Counted from the first letter of the stretch, positions 26,368 through 35,282 are shown. The stretch is DNA of 51,483 nucleotides from an uncultured Bdellovibrionales bacterium (GCA_964428075.1 CAYRWQ010000003.1:1-51483); one strand, 5' to 3'. Notes: a model not told the origin generated them from the letters alone. Translations and numbers: made by a program.

Positions 26368-27276
26368 ATGCATCAAGTGAAATTCCATCGAGTGACTTGG
26401 CTGGATTTCGTAGATCCGCAAGATGCGGACATCACGTATCTCCAAGAAAACTTTACCATTCACCCGCTTGCCATCGAAGAGCTCGTCACCCCGACTTATC
26501 AGCCAAAAGTCATGCAATATGATGGCTGCCTTTTCCTTTCGGTACATATTCCCCTCTTTGACACTCATCACCGTACGACGTTTGCGGGTGAACTTGATAT
26601 CATCCTCACTGGTGACTATCTCATCACCAGTCACAAACACGATATTTATCCGCTGAACCAGTTTCTTACCGAACTCGCTAACAATGAAGGGCGTCGCCGT
26701 CTCTACATGAGCCAAACCCCAACTCATCTCCTCTATGCTGTACTTGACATTCTCTTCAATTCCTGTTTTCCAAAACTCAACCACATCGCCGAGCGACTTG
26801 ATTTCGTCGAATCGCAGGTCTTCGCCGAAAAAGAAAAAGAGATGGTGCTCGAAATCTCAGTCTTAAAGCGCGACATTCTCAACTTTCGCCGGACTCTCAA
26901 GCCCCAACGCTCCATTCTCGAGTCTCTCCTCGCGAAGGATCATCCACATGTGCCTGGGGAACTCAAGCCATATTTCCAAGATCTCATCGGTACGAATATC
27001 CGCATCTGGAACATTCTCGAAAGCAACAAGGAGACCATCGAGGCTCTCGAGGCCACCAACAACTCTCTTCTTTCCAGTAAACTCGACCTCACCATGAAAG
27101 TCCTCACTATTTTCTCAGCTGTCCTGCTCCCTATGTCGGTCTACACCAACATGCTCGCGATGACGGCCTCTATCCCTTTCGGCAATCACCCACATGCTTT
27201 CTGGATCCATACCATCTTCGTACTCATCATCGCGGTCTTGACAGTAGTCATGTTCAAATGGAAACACTGGTTTTAA
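26368..27276 (+). CDS. CorA-family divalent cation channel homolog with non-canonical AMT in place of GMN
   Basis: It has the CorA architecture: a long cytoplasmic domain plus two C-terminal TM helices. The tail MKVLTIFSAVLLPMSVYTNMLAMTASIPFG aligns with canonical MKVLTII..F.PLTFI.GIYGMNF..MPE. I chose the start at ATG 26368 (MHQVKFHRVTWLDF). Confidence 0.75.
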   Translation: MHQVKFHRVTWLDFVDPQDADITYLQENFTIHPLAIEELVTPTYQPKVMQYDGCLFLSVHIPLFDTHHRTTFAGELDIILTGDYLITSHKHDIYPLNQFLTELANNEGRRRLYMSQTPTHLLYAVLDILFNSCFPKLNHIAERLDFVESQVFAEKEKEMVLEISVLKRDILNFRRTLKPQRSILESLLAKDHPHVPGELKPYFQDLIGTNIRIWNILESNKETIEALEATNNSLLSSKLDLTMKVLTIFSAVLLPMSVYTNMLAMTASIPFGNHPHAFWIHTIFVLIIAVLTVVMFKWKHWF

Positions 27277-27307
27277 ACAATACAGCACAAAAAAGTAAGG
27301 GAAATGA

Positions 27308-27349
27308 AAAGCGGGCGACCCTATATGAAGAGCGCCCGCTTTATTTTTT
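27308..27349 (+). terminator. Rho-independent terminator after corA (possibly bidirectional)
   Basis: AAAGCGGGCG (27308-27317) pairs with CGCCCGCTTT (27333-27342) around a 15-nt loop, followed by ATTTTTT. The opposite strand has a TTTTCATTTC flank. Confidence 0.75.
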
Positions 27350-27399
27350 GGCCTATCTAACCATTACCCTGAAGCTGCTTGTGCAACCTCAGAGGCCTT

Positions 27400-27741
27400 T
27401 CACGAGAAAAAATCACTCGGGCTACCCGCCATCATTATCATTGCCGAATCTTCTTCGGCGATAACCGCGCTCAGTCGACGGAACAAACCCATCAATTCAC
27501 GCAACGATTCATGTGAATCAATAACCCTCTCATCGCGCTGGAATTGCCCGGAAAAGGCATCGAAAAAAAGTTCTTGTACGACCTCCAAACTCTCGCTATC
27601 GCCCAATCAGTCAGCCATTTCATCGCATACCTTCCAGGCTTGAGGGAAAAAAACATTGTAACCCTGACCCGTCCTGCTTCTAAACTCCCGCGAAAGAGCA
27701 CGGAACAGACCTACTATTTCATCGCGTGTACCGACATCCAT
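27400..27741 (-). pseudogene. Small acidic ORF (44 codons, TGA, 68 codons) interrupted by one in-frame opal codon
   Basis: GGGAGGG lies 8 nt upstream of ATG 27741. The ORF reads MDVGTRDEIVGLFRALSREFRSRTGQGYNVFFPQAWKVCDEMAD, TGA (27609-27607), LGDSESLEVVQELFFDAFSGQFQRDERVIDSHESLRELMGLFRRLSAVIAEEDSAMIMMAGSPSDFFS. The track lists only the distal part, starting at TTG. Confidence 0.35.
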
Positions 27742-27914
27742 TCTCAAGACCCTCCCAAGATTCAGCCACCCGGTGCAACTGAATTAATCAAAAAAACATA
27801 AGAATGTTTATTTGTCAATTACATACTTGTTTGATACTCTGAGAGAGGAAATGGCCAGTGGCAAGCCATATTGTTTTTTTGTTTTCTTCTTTTTATCCGC
27901 TCTGTTCTGGTTTT

Positions 27915-29318
27915 ATGCAACTCTACAACACTCTCACCAAAGCCAAGGAAACATTCACACCCCGCGAAAAAGGCAAAGTCGGGATGTATACCTGTGGACT
28001 CACCGTGTATGACTATCCTCATATCGGTAACCTCCGCTCCTTCGTCTTTCCTGATACGCTCCGCCGTGTACTGCTCCATGCTGGCTACGAAGTGCGCCAT
28101 ATCAAGAACATCACCGATGTCGGACACATGACGGCCGATGATATCGCTCAGGGTGACAGCGGCGAAGATAAGTTGGCCAAGAAAGCACTAGTGGAACACA
28201 AGACGCCCGAGGAAATCGCACGATTCTACGAAGCCCATTTCTACCATGATGAAACAGCCATGCATATTTTGCCGGCACATTTCTTCCCGCGCGCTACCGC
28301 CCATATCCCCCAGATGATCAGAATGATCGAGGAGCTGATCGCAAATGGACATGCCTATGCTGCAAACGGGAATGTCTTTTTCGATGTTACTTCTTTCGAC
28401 CACTACGGCGCACTCTCGGGAAACACTTTAGAGAAACTCAAAGCAGGTGCTCGTCTCGAGGAGCACCCAGACAAACGCCACCCATGGGATTTTGCCCTCT
28501 GGCTTGCCGCGCCGTTCGGCCACCTGATGCACTGGCCCTCTCCCTGGAGCGAGGGCTACCCGGGCTGGCATATTGAATGCTCTGCCATGAGTCAGGAATA
28601 CCTCGGCGATTCTTTTGATATTCACACCGGCGGCGAAGATAACATCTTCCCGCATCACGAAGCTGAAATCGCCCAAAGCGAATGTGCGACCGGGAAATCA
28701 TTCGTCCGTTACTGGCTCCATGCCCGTCACATTCTCATTGATGGTGTCAAAATGTCTAAGTCAAAAGGTAACTTTTATCGTCTGACCGATATCGTTGAGC
28801 ACGGATTTTCACCAGCCGATCTCCGAGTCTGCTTCCTCGGTGCGCATTATCGAAGTCAAATGAATTTCACATGGAACAGTCTCAAACAGGCGTATAGAAT
28901 CAAAGAGTCGCTTTTCACAACTTTCACCCGCCTCGCGACAACCTCGGTATCTCATGCCGGTTTTTCCGCCACGCCCTGGCTCACACGTATCATCGAGGCC
29001 TGTGAAGATGACTTGAATACGCCACTCGCCATCGCCATCGCTCAAGAGCTCGCTCGCGAAACGAACAGCGCGCTCGACCGAGGTGAACCACTCAACCCTG
29101 ATGTTCAATCGGCATTCACAACCATGTTCTTCCTCTTCGGTCTTGAACCCGACACTACTGAACCTATACCAGACAATATTCAAAAAATGGCAACAGACCG
29201 ACAATTCGCCCGTGCGAACAAGGAATTCGCGGAAGCCGATCGCTTACGTGATGCCATTCTTGCGGCCGGTTACACAATCGAAGACACCCCCACCGGTTTT
29301 CACCTCAAAAAATCTTAA
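27915..29318 (+). CDS. cysS: Cysteine--tRNA ligase
   Basis: The start MQLYNTLTKAKETFTP is family-typical. It has the HIGH motif (PHIGNLRS), the KMSKS motif and the class I CysRS pattern (WPSPWSEGYPGWHIEC). Confidence 0.95.
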   Translation: MQLYNTLTKAKETFTPREKGKVGMYTCGLTVYDYPHIGNLRSFVFPDTLRRVLLHAGYEVRHIKNITDVGHMTADDIAQGDSGEDKLAKKALVEHKTPEEIARFYEAHFYHDETAMHILPAHFFPRATAHIPQMIRMIEELIANGHAYAANGNVFFDVTSFDHYGALSGNTLEKLKAGARLEEHPDKRHPWDFALWLAAPFGHLMHWPSPWSEGYPGWHIECSAMSQEYLGDSFDIHTGGEDNIFPHHEAEIAQSECATGKSFVRYWLHARHILIDGVKMSKSKGNFYRLTDIVEHGFSPADLRVCFLGAHYRSQMNFTWNSLKQAYRIKESLFTTFTRLATTSVSHAGFSATPWLTRIIEACEDDLNTPLAIAIAQELARETNSALDRGEPLNPDVQSAFTTMFFLFGLEPDTTEPIPDNIQKMATDRQFARANKEFAEADRLRDAILAAGYTIEDTPTGFHLKKS

Positions 29319-29405
29319 AAAAGAAAAACCCTGTCCTCACTCTCATGTTGCTCAAATGGCAACCAAGCGAGAAAAACAGGGCTCACAACATTCGTGCGAT
29401 GCGAT

Positions 29406-30062
29406 TTATAACACATCGTACATTGCTGCCACATAGACTGTCTGATCCGAAGCAAAGTCGGATTTTCGACAGAACCAGCCAGACCACTGACCTACACTAT
29501 ATTTCAGGTACCGAAACACACGCTCCCCGTGAGTATCCAGATAGGGTGTTCCGAACAAAACTCGCTGCCCTATCCATCCTTGTGGAATCCGCGTCGGAAG
29601 CGACAAGAACGCATCCAAAAACTGAGCAGGTACGGAAACAAACGTGTTGTGCATCGGTTCATTCCGTCCTTCCGAGTCCAGCAGATGCTCCAGTGGCATC
29701 AGGCGTATTTTTCCCACATCGATCCGGTCTCCATCAAACGAATCATGCGAGTCATCAATCGACCAGCCCGCCGGGGTATAGAGTAACCGCGAAAACAACC
29801 AGCACGGTTCCGTTTTCCTGACCACCACCGAGGACACGCTCGACACATCGACAACAGGAGCCACAAGTGGTTCTCTGACCACTACTCGCGGATGTCTCGC
29901 ATCCGCTTCCATCATTTTCCGCATCAAATGCACGATACCGAATTGCAAAATACGAACCAACTGCGCTTCCGGAACACCGATGTCTTTCAAAAACCTTACG
30001 AGAGCCTCAGCACTCATCGACACCGAACCAGCCATTGGCTCTGTCGCGCACGACCGCATCAT
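29406..30062 (-). CDS. Hypothetical protein (about 218 aa), orphan, high GC
   Basis: GGAG lies 6 nt upstream of ATG 30062; ATG 30068 abuts the SD and is therefore unlikely. The gene is divergent from dnaB. I recognise no motif. Confidence 0.5.
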   Translation of the reverse strand: MMRSCATEPMAGSVSMSAEALVRFLKDIGVPEAQLVRILQFGIVHLMRKMMEADARHPRVVVREPLVAPVVDVSSVSSVVVRKTEPCWLFSRLLYTPAGWSIDDSHDSFDGDRIDVGKIRLMPLEHLLDSEGRNEPMHNTFVSVPAQFLDAFLSLPTRIPQGWIGQRVLFGTPYLDTHGERVFRYLKYSVGQWSGWFCRKSDFASDQTVYVAAMYDVL

Positions 30063-30245
30063 TTCCATCTCCTTTCACGAGAAGAAAGTATTGCACCAAT
30101 TTTTAAATAAACTACCGGTCTCCTTCCCACCAAAACCGCATCCATGATTCCGCCCAGCAAGAAGGAATTGCCTCTATTTATACAGATAATAACACTTTCT
30201 GTCAATATATGCGTTCTCTGCGCGAGCGGGTATACTGTATGAGCT

Positions 30246-31610
30246 ATGGTAAAAACTTCTACAGATCATCTCCGAATCCCCCCGCAGAATATCGAGGCCG
30301 AAATGTCGGTCTTAGGTTCGCTCATGCTTGAAAAAGACGCCATTATCCAGGTAGCCGATATCGCGCGCGTGGGCGATTTTTACAAAGATGACCATAATCG
30401 CATCTACGAGGCCATTCTCAAGCTCTATGAGAATAATGAACCAATCGATGTTCTTTCGCTCGCCAACCGCCTCGAAGAAACCTCGCTTCTCGAAAAAGTC
30501 GGAGGATCCAGCTATCTCGCCTCACTCGTCAACACGGTCCCCTCGGCAACCAATGTCGCACACTACGCTAAAGTCGTCCAGAAGAAAGCGTTGCTCCGAC
30601 GCTTGATCACCGTAGCGAGTGAAATCATCGAAATGGGCTTCGATGAATCTGAAGACGTACAAAAGGTGCTCGACGAAGCAGAACAAAAGTTATTTGCAGT
30701 CTCACAGAAATACATCAAACAGGATTTCATCCCGATCAAATCTATTCTCGAATCCGCCTTCAACCGTATCGACGAGCTCCACAAGAGCGACAATGCTTTC
30801 CGCGGCATCCAAACTCATTTCCCTGATCTAGATAACCTGCTCGCCGGACTCCAGAAATCCGATCTCCTCATCCTGGCCGCTCGACCGAGTATTGGAAAAA
30901 CGACTTTCGCGCTCGATATCGCCCGCCAGGTCGGTGTCTATTCCAAAATTCCGGTTGGTATTTTCTCTCTCGAAATGGGCTCCGATCAACTCATCGATCG
31001 CATGCTAGCCGCCCAAGCCGGTGTCGACCTGTGGCGGCTCCGAACAGGAAAACTCTCAAGCGATGGACCAGGAAATGACTTTGAACGGCTCTCTGACGCC
31101 ATGGGTGTCCTCTCAGAGGCGCCGATCTTCATCGATGATTCCGGGTCACTCAATATCATGGAAATGCGCACCATGGCTCGCCGGCTCCAAGCTGAACATA
31201 ATCTCGGACTCATCATCATCGACTACCTCCAACTCATGGAAGGCCGTTCGCGTGGCGGCGACAACCGCGTCCAAGAAATCTCCGAGATTTCCCGTGGTCT
31301 GAAGCAACTTGCCCGAGAACTCAATATCCCTGTCATCGCCCTCTCTCAGCTTTCACGCGCAGTCGAATCTCGTCCCGATCAAGTACCAAAGCTTTCCGAT
31401 CTCCGTGAATCCGGTTCCATCGAACAAGACGCGGACGTGGTCATGTTCCTCTACCGGGAAGATCGAGTGAAACCAGATACGCCGAATAAGAATATCGTCG
31501 ATGTCATCGTGTCGAAACACAGAAATGGTCCGGTCGGAAAAATCTCACTCTTCTTTGAAGAGAATGCCACTACTTTTCGTTCGCTCGAACGTGTACATAC
31601 CGAAGCATAG
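30246..31610 (+). CDS. dnaB: Replicative DNA helicase DnaB
   Basis: 454 aa. It has the N-terminal PPQNIEAEMSVLGSLML, Walker A ARPSIGKTTFALDIA, IIDYLQLM and SGSIEQDADVVMFLYRE motifs. There is no intein. Confidence 0.95.
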   Translation: MVKTSTDHLRIPPQNIEAEMSVLGSLMLEKDAIIQVADIARVGDFYKDDHNRIYEAILKLYENNEPIDVLSLANRLEETSLLEKVGGSSYLASLVNTVPSATNVAHYAKVVQKKALLRRLITVASEIIEMGFDESEDVQKVLDEAEQKLFAVSQKYIKQDFIPIKSILESAFNRIDELHKSDNAFRGIQTHFPDLDNLLAGLQKSDLLILAARPSIGKTTFALDIARQVGVYSKIPVGIFSLEMGSDQLIDRMLAAQAGVDLWRLRTGKLSSDGPGNDFERLSDAMGVLSEAPIFIDDSGSLNIMEMRTMARRLQAEHNLGLIIIDYLQLMEGRSRGGDNRVQEISEISRGLKQLARELNIPVIALSQLSRAVESRPDQVPKLSDLRESGSIEQDADVVMFLYREDRVKPDTPNKNIVDVIVSKHRNGPVGKISLFFEENATTFRSLERVHTEA

Positions 31611-31646
31611 TACACGAAACTCGAAGTCATACGACGAAATTTTTGA

Positions 31647-32252
31647 ATGTCTGATTTCATTTCCATGCAATACCCAAAAAAATTCAAGCATCTCATCAGT
31701 CACTTTTCTACTCTGCCATCAATTGGACCCAAGATGGCCGAACGACTCGTACTCTATCTCTTCAAACAAGACGAGACGAAACTCCTCGCTTTCGCCGAAG
31801 CGCTCGAGGATCTCCATCATCTCAAGAGTTGTTCCCGTTGTTTCTATATCGCTGAAACGGATCTCTGTGAAATCTGCGCCGACCAAAGCCGTGATATTTC
31901 AATTATCTGCGTGGTCGAAGAACCGCTCGATGTCATTGCCATCGAGCGCACCGGTGCCTTCCGCGGACTGTATCATGTCTTAGGTGGTGTCATGGATATG
32001 AGCCGCGAGCACGAAAGCACAACTCTGAAAATATCAGAACTCATTGATCGAGTCACACAGAGCGGCGCATCCGAAGTCATCCTTGCCACGAATCCGACTA
32101 CTGAAGGTGATATTACCGCGCTTTATATCAAGAAAAAACTTGAAGGATCGGGTACAACCGTCACGCGCATTGCCCGCGGTCTCGCCACCGGTGGTGATAT
32201 CGAATATGCTGATGAGGCCTCAATTAGCGCTTCCTTGACAAACAGAAAATAA
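31647..32252 (+). CDS. recR: Recombination protein RecR
   Basis: 201 aa. It has the HhH (LPSIGPKMAERL), a C4 zinc finger (CSRCFYIAETDLCEIC) and a Toprim domain (ICVVEEPLDV...ILATNPTTEGD). Confidence 0.93.
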   Translation: MSDFISMQYPKKFKHLISHFSTLPSIGPKMAERLVLYLFKQDETKLLAFAEALEDLHHLKSCSRCFYIAETDLCEICADQSRDISIICVVEEPLDVIAIERTGAFRGLYHVLGGVMDMSREHESTTLKISELIDRVTQSGASEVILATNPTTEGDITALYIKKKLEGSGTTVTRIARGLATGGDIEYADEASISASLTNRK

Positions 32253-32307
32253 AAGTTCATAATGCGAAGAAGTATTTTACAAGTCATTTTATCGAAAAGG
32301 GGGGGAG

Positions 32308-32622
32308 ATGGAACTCATCCGAGCTATCTACCAGGGCGATAAGCAGAATCCACTGGGAAATGCAAAGAAATTCGTCTTGGAACAATGCGGTGGTTCCGTG
32401 GATGCGATAAAGCACTGGCAATGCTTTATCGCAGGTCATGGCTTTATCACTGACACGCAGTACATAGTCGATATCGCAGTCGACGGGGGTGAGGTACGTG
32501 CCTTCTTCCGGTGGCCGCCGGCACCACAGTGGTCGTTAAAACCAAGTCAGCCTTCAAAGCCAGGATGGCCGATACTGGAAATCCTCTTTTTCCAGACAGC
32601 ACCTGCTTGCTGCAACACATAA
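32308..32622 (+). CDS. Hypothetical protein (104 aa), orphan with Pro/Trp-rich C-terminus
   Basis: The ATG is preceded by a G7 run plus AG (GGGGGGGAG), which acts as the SD. The stop lies 20 nt before a strong bidirectional terminator. I recognise no family. Confidence 0.4.
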   Translation: MELIRAIYQGDKQNPLGNAKKFVLEQCGGSVDAIKHWQCFIAGHGFITDTQYIVDIAVDGGEVRAFFRWPPAPQWSLKPSQPSKPGWPILEILFFQTAPACCNT

Positions 32623-32642
32623 TACCGCCTGAACCCAGGCAC

Positions 32643-32680
32643 AAAAAAACCGGCACTGCTACGCGCCGGTTTTTTCTTTG
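32643..32680. terminator. Bidirectional rho-independent terminator (between the 104-aa ORF and rplU)
   Basis: AAAAACCGGC (32645-32654) pairs with GCCGGTTTTT (32665-32674) around a 10-nt loop. A-run and T-run flanks give U tracts on both strands. Confidence 0.8.
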
Positions 32681-32714
32681 GATTGAAAAAGGTACTGAGA
32701 CCACTCGGATCTTT

Positions 32715-33023
32715 CTATGCGGAAATTTTGGTTATTTCAACTTCAGTAAAAGCCTGACGATGCCCGTAGTGAGTCAATTCGCGCTTCTTGGCCTTAAACT
32801 TAATACCAGTCACCTTATCGGCTCGTTCCTGTCGAAGAACCGTGCCCGTCACTTTAGCCTTCTCGATAACCGGAACACCCACAACCACCGACTTTTCATT
32901 GCCCGTAAAGAGCACTTCGAAATCGACAGTCGAGCCAATCTCAACATCAAGCTTTTCAACTTTTACTTTGCTTCCCTCAGAAACAAGGTATTGTTTCCCA
33001 CCCGTACGAATCACAGCCAACAT
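32715..33023 (-). CDS. rplU: 50S ribosomal protein L21
   Basis: 102 aa. It has MLAVIRTGGKQYLVSEGSKVKVEKL...KFKAKKRELTHYGHRQAFTEVEI, the typical bL21 pattern. Confidence 0.95.
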   Translation of the reverse strand: MLAVIRTGGKQYLVSEGSKVKVEKLDVEIGSTVDFEVLFTGNEKSVVVGVPVIEKAKVTGTVLRQERADKVTGIKFKAKKRELTHYGHRQAFTEVEITKISA

Positions 33024-33095
33024 ATCTCGAAATCACAAGAAAATTAACACCAGCTTATTCTATCGCTTTTCCAGTTTTCTGTCAAACGGAAACGA

Positions 33096-34376
33096 CTAGA
33101 GCTGAGATTTCACCCATTCAATCGCCTTCTCAAGCTGTGGATCCTCCTTTTTGATCGCTTGTGCCCGAGTCAACTCCACCTTCTCATCAGGTGCGATACC
33201 GACCTTGTTGATTTGATTCCCCTTCGGAGTCAACCATTTGGCCACCGTGATTTTGACCGCGGTGTCTTGAGTCACATTCACTAATTCCTGCACAGAACCC
33301 TTACCAAAAGATTGCTCACCGATCAGCCGGACATTGTCACGATTCTCTCGAAGTGCGCCAGCGAGAATTTCTGCCGCGCTCGCACTCCCCTCATTGATCA
33401 GTACGCTGGTTGGCAAGGTTGAAAACATATCACCCGTATGTGTCCTGATCTCATCACGTTCCCCCTTACCATTCTCTTCGATCACTACAATCGACTGTGC
33501 CGGCAAAAGAAAGCTGGCAATATCAACTGCGCCAGTCAAAAGACCACCCGGATCATTCCGGAGATCAATAACAAGCCCACGCGCTTTGGCCTTCTTCGCC
33601 GATAGTGCCGCTCTCTCGAACTCATCTGTCGTTTCGTCACCAAAACGATTGATCCTGATGTAAGCGATATCATTCTCTTTCATTTCAAAACGAATGCTTT
33701 TCACATGAATCAAATCGCGACTAACCACAATATCCTGAGCTTCCTCATCACCAATATGGAAGATGGTCAAAGTCACCTGTGTCCCCTCCGGCCCCCGTAT
33801 ACGACGCACCGCTTCTTCAAGCTCAATATTCGCTGTTGTCTCTCCATCGATTTTGATAATCTTATCCCCTGCCAAAAGTCCTGCCTTTGCAGCCGGTGCT
33901 TCCTCCAGTGGCGAAACAATAGTCAGTACCCCATCTTTGATGGCCATCTCAGCTCCAATACCTTCGAAATTCCCGGTCATGTCTTCACGAAACTCTTGTC
34001 TTTCTTTCGGATCAAAAAAAGTAGTGTATGGATCTCCAGTCGAAGCCAGCATCCCATCAATTGCACCGTACAGCATCTGTTGGGCATCAAGTTTCGATTG
34101 ATCAACAAATTTATCCCGCAAAATATCCCATACTTTCCAAAAAATCCCGAAGTTAACTTCATTCGCTTTGTTGTTCCCATTGAGTATCGTTGCATCGCCA
34201 GAATACCCGAGCGTATCGCGTCCTCTCTCAAACCCAAAAACAAACGACACTCCCAACAATGCAAACACAAAGAAGAGAAGAAAAAGCTTCTTAAACAAAA
34301 GAAATCCCCGCTCTCTTTCACTGCTTTCTGATGGCGTCTGCTGCGGTGTCATACTGTCCATAATTATTGTTTGCAA
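33096..34376 (-). CDS. Carboxy-terminal processing protease (peptidase S41, PDZ-containing)
   Basis: It has an N-terminal TM anchor, a PDZ domain (SPLEEAPAAKAGLLAGDKIIKIDGE), the catalytic Ser context LINEGSASAAEILAGAL and the Lys context FGKGSVQ. Confidence 0.9.
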   Translation of the reverse strand: MQTIIMDSMTPQQTPSESSERERGFLLFKKLFLLFFVFALLGVSFVFGFERGRDTLGYSGDATILNGNNKANEVNFGIFWKVWDILRDKFVDQSKLDAQQMLYGAIDGMLASTGDPYTTFFDPKERQEFREDMTGNFEGIGAEMAIKDGVLTIVSPLEEAPAAKAGLLAGDKIIKIDGETTANIELEEAVRRIRGPEGTQVTLTIFHIGDEEAQDIVVSRDLIHVKSIRFEMKENDIAYIRINRFGDETTDEFERAALSAKKAKARGLVIDLRNDPGGLLTGAVDIASFLLPAQSIVVIEENGKGERDEIRTHTGDMFSTLPTSVLINEGSASAAEILAGALRENRDNVRLIGEQSFGKGSVQELVNVTQDTAVKITVAKWLTPKGNQINKVGIAPDEKVELTRAQAIKKEDPQLEKAIEWVKSQL

Positions 34377-34463
34377 AATCTATTCAAAAAACGAAGAGCG
34401 TACACAACATACACGAACCGGCACTCCTGTATTCCGACTCAACGCCGTATACATCTCAATCAC

Positions 34464-35282
34464 TTACCAAACACGTGGTATCGGTTTTCTAAAATATTTA
34501 CGGAAATACCGAAACGCACTCATGATATGCCACCAAGTAAGCCGGTTGAAGAAAAGACCCAATACACCCCCTCGAGCACTCCCCTTCGCATGGTAATGAT
34601 ACACGGTCGCTGCCGGCTGGTAAACCACCCGGTACCCATGTTCCCAAAAACGTCGGCACCAATCAACATCTTCCATATACATAAAAAACCGATCATCCAT
34701 TGGCCCGACACGCCGTGCTGATTCTCGCTCAACGAACATTGCTGAGCCAGTCACCCAATCAACCGCTTGAGGTGATGCATGATCGTACTCACGCATCATG
34801 AACCAATCGAGATGTTTCCTTCCGAACGGTAAACGACCGAGCCAGGTGCGCCGATAGAGTATCGTCTGCAACCGATAATAACGAAAACAGCTCAGCTGCA
34901 ACGTACCATTGAAATTGATCTGCTTCGGACCAACAAGCTTGATATCTGGGTGTTCCTCCAAATAACGCATGAGTACCGGAATCGTCTCTTGATTAATGAG
35001 GATATCGCTGTTAATGAGAAACACATAGCGACCTCGCGCCTCCTCTAATGAAACATTAAACAAGGTTTTAAAACCGACATTCTCCGTAAAGGGAAAGAAT
35101 CTCACTTGAGGAAACTCCTCCCGCATGAGCATTTCTGTATCTTCAATTGTCTCACTGTCGGCAACCAACACCTCGTATGCAAAAGGTGCGGACGCGAGTT
35201 CCCGATACAAGCTTTCAAGACAAAGTCGGAGTAATTCCGTATTCCGATACCCATTGACAGCGATGGTAACGAGTGGCTCCAT
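34464..35282 (-). CDS. Glycosyltransferase family 2
   Basis: 272 aa. It has the GT-A signature: VTIAVNGYRN..., an acidic motif (VLVADSETIEDT), FLINSDILI, and the C-terminal FMYMEDVDWCRRF typical of GT2 (rhamnosyltransferase-like). Confidence 0.85.
   Translation of the reverse strand: MEPLVTIAVNGYRNTELLRLCLESLYRELASAPFAYEVLVADSETIEDTEMLMREEFPQVRFFPFTENVGFKTLFNVSLEEARGRYVFLINSDILINQETIPVLMRYLEEHPDIKLVGPKQINFNGTLQLSCFRYYRLQTILYRRTWLGRLPFGRKHLDWFMMREYDHASPQAVDWVTGSAMFVERESARRVGPMDDRFFMYMEDVDWCRRFWEHGYRVVYQPAATVYHYHAKGSARGGVLGLFFNRLTWWHIMSAFRYFRKYFRKPIPRVW

Noticed and set aside
27607-27609. Possibility that the genome uses TGA as a sense codon (code 4/25, as in some CPR lineages), which would explain the in-frame TGA
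   Set aside because: Many confident genes terminate at TGA at family-typical lengths: the sigma factor at 2845, the tmk-like gene at 11477, the flippase at 12971, the GT-C gene at 13012 and rnhB at 16474. Long ORFs are intact under the standard code.
27742-27914. T-box riboswitch upstream of cysS
   Set aside because: The leader is far too short (under 100 nt from the likely promoter). I could find no specifier-loop or T-box sequence (AAUNNGGUGGUACCGCG-like).
32447-33047. ORFs 32447..32704 (minus strand) and 32511..33047 (plus strand)
   Set aside because: Both run through the strong bidirectional terminator and/or lie antisense to rplU. Their products are compositionally implausible.
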